Shown here: one piece after another, positions 26,336 to 32,000 of the stretch
How positions within the stretch are numbered: the first letter of the stretch is position 1
How the letters are laid out: every line of letters starts with the position of its first letter
Assembly (NCBI RefSeq): GCF_003231495.1
Contig: NZ_PQWO01000002.1
Location: forward strand, 360,001 to 392,000
Length of the DNA stretch: 32,000 bases
Source: Acaryochloris thomasi RCC1774
GTDB taxonomy: Bacteria > Cyanobacteriota > Cyanobacteriia > Thermosynechococcales > Thermosynechococcaceae
Direction of reading: 5' to 3'
The notes under the pieces: model-generated
Databases searched by the model: none
Seen by the model: only the letters and a program-made list of their open reading frames with translations
What the model was told of the DNA's origin: nothing
Position numbers and translations under genes: made by a program

Positions 26336-27838
26336 ATGGTCAAATTGCGTGCCTTACTTGCCCAACTTCCCGCTGAACTCAGTGCGGAGTCAACCTGGAA
26401 CAGCTCAACACATTCGGCTCTGGAAACAGAGATTACGGGGCTGGCAACCAATTCTTGGACCTGCAAGCCTGGCGATTTATTTATGGGTATGCCGGGTACC
26501 CGTGTTGATGGCGGCGATTTTTGGGCAAGCGCCATTGAGTCAGGAGCCGTGGCAGCTTTAGTCTCTGCCCAGGTCCCGCGCCCTGAAGAGGGGACTGCCT
26601 GCGTCATCCCCATGACGGATATGAATCGCGTCTGTGCTGAAGTGGCGGCTGCTTTCTATGACTATCCCAGCCAAAAGATGCAGATGGTGGGTGTGACCGG
26701 CACCAATGGTAAAACCACTACCACCCATCTAATTGAATATCTATTTAATCACTGTCAGAAGGCGACTGCCCTCCTTGGGACGCTCTATGCCCGTTGGCCG
26801 GGGCATGAACAAACGGCTACTCACACAACACCTTTTGCGGTGGACCTGCAGCAGCAGCTATCGGCTGCCCAGAAAGCTGGTTCTGAGTACGGCGTTATGG
26901 AAATCAGTTCTCATGCCCTGGCGCAGCAGCGGGTTCTGGGCTGTAAGTTCAGCGTGGCGGTCTTTTCTAATCTGACGCAGGATCATCTGGACTACCACAA
27001 AGATTTAGACGACTACTTTGAAGCGAAGGCGCTCTTGTTTAGTCCCACTTACCTACAGGGACGGGCCATTGTTAACCTCGATGACTCCTACGGTCGTCGC
27101 CTGATCGAACGCGTTGACAGCGTATGGACCTACAGCACAGAAAACTCTGATGCTGATCTGTGGACCAGCGATCTGGTCTATGCCCCGGGTGGTGTACAGG
27201 GACAACTGCATACGCCCTCAGGCACAGTTCCGTTTCAGTCACCGCTGGTGGGACAGTTCAACGTTGCTAATCTGTTGGCGGCGGTGGGGGCAGGCTTAGC
27301 TCTTGAGCTTGATCTCGAGATGATGGTCCAAGCTCTATCTCAGTTCTTGGGTGTGCCAGGGCGGATGGAGCAGGTTGCCGTTGTACCAAGCCAAGATATT
27401 AGCGTCATCGTTGACTATGCCCATACGCCTGACAGTTTAGAAAATATGCTGAAGGCTGCACGCCCCTTTGTGAAGGGCCAGATGATTTGTGTGTTTGGCT
27501 GTGGTGGCGATCGCGATCGCACCAAGCGTCCGCTGATGGGTGGCATTGCCGCTAGTTTCGCCGATCAGGTAGTTGTGACTTCAGATAACCCCCGTACTGA
27601 AGATCCCCAGCAAATTCTGCAGGATGTTTTGGCGGGTATCGATGATAGCGTTCAGCCGGTTGTGGAAGTCGATCGCCATGCTGCTATTCAGGCGGCAATT
27701 CTCAAGGCTCAGCCAGGAGATTTTGTCTTAATCGCGGGTAAAGGCCACGAAGACTATCAGATTCTAGGCACGGAGAAGATTCACTTCGATGACCGCGAAG
27801 AAGCCCAAGCCGCTCTAAAGCAAAGACTCAATTCCTGA
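26336..27838 (+). CDS. murE: UDP-N-acetylmuramoyl-L-alanyl-D-glutamate--2,6-diaminopimelate ligase
   Basis: It has the GVTGTNGKTTTT P-loop, then HTTP, EISSHAL, the DYAHTPDSLEN motif, GCGGDRDR.KRP and the DNPR motif (TSDNPRTEDP) that marks meso-DAP-adding MurE. Confidence 0.93.
   Translation: MVKLRALLAQLPAELSAESTWNSSTHSALETEITGLATNSWTCKPGDLFMGMPGTRVDGGDFWASAIESGAVAALVSAQVPRPEEGTACVIPMTDMNRVCAEVAAAFYDYPSQKMQMVGVTGTNGKTTTTHLIEYLFNHCQKATALLGTLYARWPGHEQTATHTTPFAVDLQQQLSAAQKAGSEYGVMEISSHALAQQRVLGCKFSVAVFSNLTQDHLDYHKDLDDYFEAKALLFSPTYLQGRAIVNLDDSYGRRLIERVDSVWTYSTENSDADLWTSDLVYAPGGVQGQLHTPSGTVPFQSPLVGQFNVANLLAAVGAGLALELDLEMMVQALSQFLGVPGRMEQVAVVPSQDISVIVDYAHTPDSLENMLKAARPFVKGQMICVFGCGGDRDRTKRPLMGGIAASFADQVVVTSDNPRTEDPQQILQDVLAGIDDSVQPVVEVDRHAAIQAAILKAQPGDFVLIAGKGHEDYQILGTEKIHFDDREEAQAALKQRLNS
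27507..27520. repeat. HIP1 (GCGATCGC) palindrome, tandem overlapping copy; representative of many HIP1 sites in the window
   Basis: GCGATCGCGATCGC lies inside murE. Other exact GCGATCGC sites that I located by eye are at 1446, 2937, 6166, 9139, 10976, 13019, 14265 and 14775, and others are visible. Confidence 0.9.
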
Positions 27839-27917
27839 ACGATAGATTTTTGACAACACATTTCTTAATATTTGTGCAATCATGGTTACCTGACGTAATG
27901 ATAGGGACTTCAAGGCC

Positions 27918-28016
27918 ATGAATTCTGATGCACTTCGCAAAGCTTCCACAGCAATACTTTTGCTTACAGGTGCTTTTATTTTTCTTGCCAATGTAGGCGC
28001 GATCGGTTCTATCTAG
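27918..28016 (+). CDS. candidate small single-pass membrane peptide (32 aa)
   Basis: This is my own translation: MNSDALRKASTAILLLTGAFIFLANVGAIGSI*. It has a charged N-terminus followed by one 22-residue hydrophobic helix, and an AGGGA about 10 nt upstream of the ATG. It is below the ORF-track size cutoff and I recognise no family. Confidence 0.25.
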   Translation: MNSDALRKASTAILLLTGAFIFLANVGAIGSI

Positions 28017-28123
28017 TGGTCTCTGCGTCAACGAAGTAAGAGGAGGCTGGTAACCGCTGGTCTCCCCGCTCTTAATTGAGAGATGTCAGACGCTTAGAAC
28101 CCCTCACAAGAAGAGGTAGGGGG

Positions 28124-28243
28124 ATGCAGAATGCTAAATTCCGGTTCCCCTTTGCTCTGTGTGGTTTACCTCTGCTCGTGATGTTTTGCTGGACTTGCGA
28201 TCGCATCATTCTCCGCAGCTACAGACAGATCAATAAACCATGA
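28124..28243 (+). CDS. candidate small hydrophobic, Cys-containing peptide (39 aa)
   Basis: This is my own translation: MQNAKFRFPFALCGLPLLVMFCWTCDRIILRSYRQINKP*. A GAGG lies 7 nt upstream of the ATG (GAGGTAGGGGGATG). I recognise no family. Confidence 0.25.
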   Translation: MQNAKFRFPFALCGLPLLVMFCWTCDRIILRSYRQINKP

Positions 28244-28301
28244 CGACTTAGCTTAGTGGAGACGACTACAGCTCAAAATTATGAGCAAGTTCTCGCCCAG
28301 C

Positions 28302-29660
28302 TTATCCCCCTCCAGGTTTGGCTAGATTGAAAAACCGCGTTAACTTCGGTTCGAAGAGCAGCTTCACCGTCCCGACGGGACCGTTTCTATGCTTGGCAAT
28401 ATTCAGCTCACAGATGCCGCGCTCAGGACTATCAGGATTGTAGTAATCATCCCGATATAGCAAAACGATTAAGTCAGCATCCTGCTCAATCGACCCAGAC
28501 TCTCTGAGGTCAGACATTAGGGGGCGCTTGTTCGTTCGAGATTCAACGCCACGACTGAGCTGAGATAATACAATCACCGGCACATTTAATTCACGCGCTA
28601 AACCCTTGAGCGCCCGCGTAATTTTAGAAATTTCCTGCACTCGGCCTTCTGAATCACCGGACCCCATGAGCTGCAGGTAGTCGATCATCACCAGACCCAG
28701 CCCTTCAGGACGCTCTGCCTGTAGACGGCGAGCATTGGATCGTAGCTCATTCACAGACGGGTTCGGTGAATCATCAATATAGATGCCAAGCTGAGAGAGC
28801 GTGCCAATCGCGCGACTGAGGGGTTCCCATTGGTTTTGCTGGATGCGTCCGGCCCGCAAATAGTTGCTATCGATGCCTGCCTCGCAGGATAGCAAGCGCT
28901 GAACAAGCTGCTCCTTTGACATCTCTAGGCTAAAGACTGCAACGCCAAGCTGATGGATTTCAGCGACCTGTCGAGCAATCTGCAGCGTTAGAGCTGTTTT
29001 CCCCATCGAAGGACGACCGGCAACGATAATCAGGTCAGAGCGCTGAAAGCCCTGGGTCATTGCATCAAGATCGTAAAAGTTGCAGGAGAGGCCGGGGAGT
29101 ACTTGGCCCAGCGATCGCTGTTCAATTTCAGCAAAGGTGCTGGCCAGAATATCCTCTGTTGCCACTAGCCCCTGACTGGCTCGGTCTTGGGTGACGCTAA
29201 AAATCTGCTGCTCAGCTTCATCCAAAATCACCTCTAGAGATTTAGAGGTGTCATAGGCCATTTGATTAACTTCACCCGTCGCTTTAATCAGCTGACGGCG
29301 TAGATTCTTCTCTTTAATAAGGGCCGCGTACTGGTCAATATTGACAGCGCTGACGATGGAGTCGACGAGCTGCGTCAGCTTACTTTGACCGCCGACTTTC
29401 TCTAGCAGTCCCTGATCCTGCAGCCAAGCGGTCACGCACATCAAATCTGTGGGGCTTCCCTGGGCGTGAAGTGCCAGAGCCGCACGGTAAATCTCTTGAT
29501 GGGCGCTGATATAGAACGTATCTGGCGTCAGGAGCTCTGCGACGCGTCCGATGGCCTCGGGGTCCAGCAAAATACCGCCCAGAATCGATTCTTCAGCTTC
29601 GATATTCTGAGGCGGTAAGCGGTCTTCGCTCGGTGCCTGGAAGTCAAGTTGATAAACCAC
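28302..29660 (-). CDS. dnaB: replicative DNA helicase DnaB (no intein)
   Basis: PQNIEAEESILGGILLDPEA (N-terminal domain), Walker A GRPSMGKTAL, the IDYLQLM block and the RELNVPVIVLSQLSR block are present. The 452-aa length indicates an uninterrupted gene. Confidence 0.95.
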   Translation of the reverse strand: MVYQLDFQAPSEDRLPPQNIEAEESILGGILLDPEAIGRVAELLTPDTFYISAHQEIYRAALALHAQGSPTDLMCVTAWLQDQGLLEKVGGQSKLTQLVDSIVSAVNIDQYAALIKEKNLRRQLIKATGEVNQMAYDTSKSLEVILDEAEQQIFSVTQDRASQGLVATEDILASTFAEIEQRSLGQVLPGLSCNFYDLDAMTQGFQRSDLIIVAGRPSMGKTALTLQIARQVAEIHQLGVAVFSLEMSKEQLVQRLLSCEAGIDSNYLRAGRIQQNQWEPLSRAIGTLSQLGIYIDDSPNPSVNELRSNARRLQAERPEGLGLVMIDYLQLMGSGDSEGRVQEISKITRALKGLARELNVPVIVLSQLSRGVESRTNKRPLMSDLRESGSIEQDADLIVLLYRDDYYNPDSPERGICELNIAKHRNGPVGTVKLLFEPKLTRFFNLAKPGGG

Positions 29661-29724
29661 GAGTCAGCCCGCCGATCCTGTCATGCACAACATGGGAACA
29701 CTATTGTACATGAGTATATGAGTA

Positions 29725-30183
29725 CTAGTCGGGCAGCACCTCGATCTTAACTGTGGCGGTGACTTCTGGGTGTAGCTTCAGGTCAACGTTATAGGTGCCT
29801 AGCTTGCGAATCTCAGGGATGTCTAGCTCACGTCGGTCGAGTTCGATGCCGCTGGTGTTTTGAACAAGATCAGCGATATCGATGGCTGTGACACGGCCAA
29901 AGAGCATGTCTTCTTCGCCCGCTTTCTCTTTAATGCTGAAGACGCCAATGGTCTCTAGGGCTGTTTTTTGCTTCTCGGCACCGGCTTTAAGGGCGGCAAT
30001 GCGCTTCACTTCTTCGGCTTTGCGGAATTCGATTTGCTTGAGGACACCCTTGGTGACACGAACCCCCATCCCCTGAGGAATCAGGTAGTTGCGGGCATAA
30101 CCGGGGGCTACCTCGACCAGTTGACCGGATGTGCCAAGTTTTTTGACATCTTGATTGAGGAGGAGCTGTATTCGTTTTGCCAT
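29725..30183 (-). CDS. rplI: 50S ribosomal protein L9
   Basis: MAKRIQLLLNQDVKKLGTSGQLVEVAPGYARNYLIPQG is the canonical L9 N-terminus. The ATG at 30183 is preferred over the track's upstream start at 30231. The rplI-dnaB order is conserved. Confidence 0.93.
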   Translation of the reverse strand: MAKRIQLLLNQDVKKLGTSGQLVEVAPGYARNYLIPQGMGVRVTKGVLKQIEFRKAEEVKRIAALKAGAEKQKTALETIGVFSIKEKAGEEDMLFGRVTAIDIADLVQNTSGIELDRRELDIPEIRKLGTYNVDLKLHPEVTATVKIEVLPD

Positions 30184-30275
30184 GGCTGTAGGGGTGGGAA
30201 TTATTTTGCAGTAACGATCCATATTACCCAAGAGTCTTTACCCTTTGCAATAATTGTGACGGATTTAGTTGTTAG

Positions 30276-30851
30276 TTAAAAGATTCGCTGTAGCTTTAGA
30301 ACAAAGCCGTGCAGGATATTCTCTCCGTCAAGCTGATGTGGCGAAGACAGCACTTCTTTCTGTTGCCCCTGTCTAAAAATCTCTACTTGTCGATCTTGAG
30401 GGTTGAGGAGCCAGCCGAGGCGGGTGCCGTTATCGATATATTCCTGCATTTTGTCTTGCAGGGGGCGGAGTGTGTCGCTAGGTGATCTCAGTTCAATAAC
30501 AAAGTCTGGGCATAGGGGCGGGAAGGTTCTGCGTTCTTCAAGTGTCAGGACATTCCACTTTGCCAGTGGAATCCAGGCGGCATCAGGTGAACGAAAGGCT
30601 CCATTGGGCAAACGAAACATAGTGCTGGAATCGAAGGACTCCCCGGTGCCGTCTTGGTCAGTCCAGTTGCCGAGCTGCTGAGTTAGTCTGCGATTGCGAT
30701 GTCCGCTTTCTCCGCCTGTGGGTGGCATAACAACTAATTCACCACTGGCAGTGCGTTCAAGTTTGGCGTCTGGATTGGCATGACAAAGCTTGAGGAATTG
30801 TTGGTCAGTCAGTTGGACAAGTGGTTCTAGGGTCAGTGTGACTGTGTTCAT
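30276..30851 (-). CDS. Uma2-family (DUF820) PD-(D/E)xK-type putative endonuclease
   Basis: PPTGGESGHRN, FDSSTMFRLPNGAFRSPDAAWI and PDFVIELRSPSD are present. It is a paralogue of the gene at 14890-15468. Confidence 0.85.
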   Translation of the reverse strand: MNTVTLTLEPLVQLTDQQFLKLCHANPDAKLERTASGELVVMPPTGGESGHRNRRLTQQLGNWTDQDGTGESFDSSTMFRLPNGAFRSPDAAWIPLAKWNVLTLEERRTFPPLCPDFVIELRSPSDTLRPLQDKMQEYIDNGTRLGWLLNPQDRQVEIFRQGQQKEVLSSPHQLDGENILHGFVLKLQRIF

Positions 30852-31007
30852 TATGCTGCACCTCTAATGTCGAAATTGGGGCATTAGAACATTTTCTCTA
30901 GTCTAGTCGCTATGGTCTCTGATATTTGTTGCCTGGACTTTGATGAGATCGCAACCCTGCACAATACTGTTTATTCTCATCACAAATTTTGCTGGCAAAA
31001 CAAGATG

Positions 31008-31244
31008 CTAAAGATAGCGCCGCTGAAATTGTGGGTCGATGCGATCGCATTTCTTACGGTTGCAGCGCTGACAAAGCGTATGCAGATTGCTGATATCGTT
31101 GGGGCCACCCTTCGCCAACGGAATGATGTGATCCACTTCTAAGGGAACGTGTGATTGGCTGCAGCTCTGACATTGGTGACCATCTCTAGCCAGGACATAA
31201 CTTCTGACACCTACAGGGATAGGAATGCGAGGTGTTTTATCCAT
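31008..31244 (-). CDS. minimal stand-alone HNH endonuclease (78 aa)
   Basis: The sequence V..RDGHQCQSC.....LEVDHIIPLAKGGPNDISNLHTLCQRCNRKK contains both CxxC pairs and the H-N-H catalytic residues. Its ATG is 2 nt downstream of the preceding gene's stop. Confidence 0.88.
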   Translation of the reverse strand: MDKTPRIPIPVGVRSYVLARDGHQCQSCSQSHVPLEVDHIIPLAKGGPNDISNLHTLCQRCNRKKCDRIDPQFQRRYL

Positions 31245-31246
31245 GT

Positions 31247-31594
31247 CTACCCGTGACCATTTACTTGAGTCGTTTCTTGCCTCAGTGCATCTAAAGGAGA
31301 TTCTGTGCTTGATGCTTGTTCCGCAGCTGGTTCGTCAGTTGCCTCTTCTGGTGAATCTGGACAAAACTCGATGACAACCCGAAATTTGCCAGTTTGCCAA
31401 CCTTCACCATTTGGTCTTAATACATGACAGCTAAATCCTTCGCTGAATACTAGCTTCTCTTGATTACTTCTGGCCCATCCATCTTTCAAGTCAATCAATA
31501 GTTCCTTCGCTTTAAAGGTGTAAGGTAGACTCTTTGTTTCTCCGATGGGCGAAATTACATCACAGCTAGAAAGAATGACAGAATTTTTTTGCAT
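31247..31594 (-). CDS. KGK-domain protein (cyanobacterial domain of unknown function), acidic C-terminal tail
   Basis: FSEGFSCHVLRPNGEGWQTGKFRVVIEFCPDSPEE aligns with the upstream paralogue and with the eponymous G-W-x-K/T-G-K core of the KGK domain. An acidic tail and an LDALR motif follow. A GAGG RBS lies 9 nt upstream of the ATG. Confidence 0.75.
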   Translation of the reverse strand: MQKNSVILSSCDVISPIGETKSLPYTFKAKELLIDLKDGWARSNQEKLVFSEGFSCHVLRPNGEGWQTGKFRVVIEFCPDSPEEATDEPAAEQASSTESPLDALRQETTQVNGHG

Positions 31595-31613
31595 GGTATA
31601 CCTCGAAGGAAAA

Positions 31614-31988
31614 TTACTGGTTCTGATAGCTGCTAGGTTCTCTAAGAGCGTCTAGTCCTGATTCATTCATTTCTGGCTCGTCTGGATAAAACTCAAGCGT
31701 AACTTTGAATCTCACCTTGCCTTTCTGCCAGCCCTGAGAACTCGGTTCAAGAATTTCGCAGTCTAAACCATCGGTAAACCATGCTTCACGATAATTTTCT
31801 GGTTTGTCAATCGGGAACTTGCCACGGCCCTCATCCCAGATCATTTTGCCTAGTTGATTCAATCCGTGGTCTTGGAAAGCCGTTAACGCATATTGCATTA
31901 GCTCTTTTTGCTTGAACATATTAGAGCTAATCGAAACGGCTGTACCCTCGTCATTAAAGGGTTTAAATTTTGGATTGGAGTAGTTCAT
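31614..31988 (-). CDS. KGK-domain protein (cyanobacterial domain of unknown function)
   Basis: FTDGLDCEILEPSSQGWQKGKVRFKVTLEFYPDEPE...GLDALRE contains the literal KGK motif. It is the first gene of the minus-strand KGK-KGK-HNH run. Its promoter region lies beyond the window end. Confidence 0.78.
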   Translation of the reverse strand: MNYSNPKFKPFNDEGTAVSISSNMFKQKELMQYALTAFQDHGLNQLGKMIWDEGRGKFPIDKPENYREAWFTDGLDCEILEPSSQGWQKGKVRFKVTLEFYPDEPEMNESGLDALREPSSYQNQ

Positions 31989-32000
31989 CGTTAATATTTT

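Noticed and set aside
27507-27520. The tandem HIP1 site GCGATCGCGATCGC, considered as a special regulatory or recombination site.
   Set aside because: It lies in frame inside murE and encodes part of the conserved GGDRDR motif. Coding constraint plus the genome-wide HIP1 bias explains it fully.
28302-29660. Possible intein in dnaB, which is common in cyanobacteria.
   Set aside because: The ORF is 452 aa with contiguous helicase motifs, and there is no insertion near the Walker A or other usual intein sites.
30184-30231. An N-terminal extension of rplI offered by the ORF track.
   Set aside because: The canonical L9 N-terminus (MAKRIQLLL...) begins at the internal ATG at 30183.
30912-31142. 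A forward 76-aa ORF opposite the HNH gene.
   Set aside because: It is antisense to a motif-complete HNH CDS and has no recognisable features of its own.

Overview
This window is a cyanobacterial chromosomal segment. The evidence is the frequent HIP1 palindromes (GCGATCGC), an ndhA-ndhI-ndhG-ndhE operon, light-dependent protochlorophyllide reductase, KGK-domain genes and Uma2 genes. Most of it is densely packed core housekeeping: rfbB/rfbA, gltA, NDH-1 subunits, rpmG-rpsR-RNase II/R, bolA-grxD, por, murE and rplI-dnaB. I found no rRNA, tRNA, CRISPR array, transposase or integrase. Four regions are not ordinary core. (1) At the 3' edge (30276-31988, minus strand) two tandem KGK-domain genes are tightly coupled to a minimal HNH nuclease gene, followed by a Uma2 nuclease gene. 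This is my best candidate for an uncharacterised nuclease/partner module, and it is cut by the window end. (2) An AT-rich island (about 11110-13975) carries a putative sulfotransferase and a radical-SAM enzyme with a partial SPASM (twitch-like) domain, with no obvious substrate gene. (3) One ORF fuses a NadD-type adenylyltransferase to a degenerate Nudix domain and an NrtR-like winged-helix tail. (4) A 460-bp gap between convergent genes (murE/dnaB) holds two small hydrophobic ORFs below the ORF-track cutoff. All calls come from reading the translations and the DNA by eye. No database search was run, so family names are recognition-based and should be confirmed with HMM searches.
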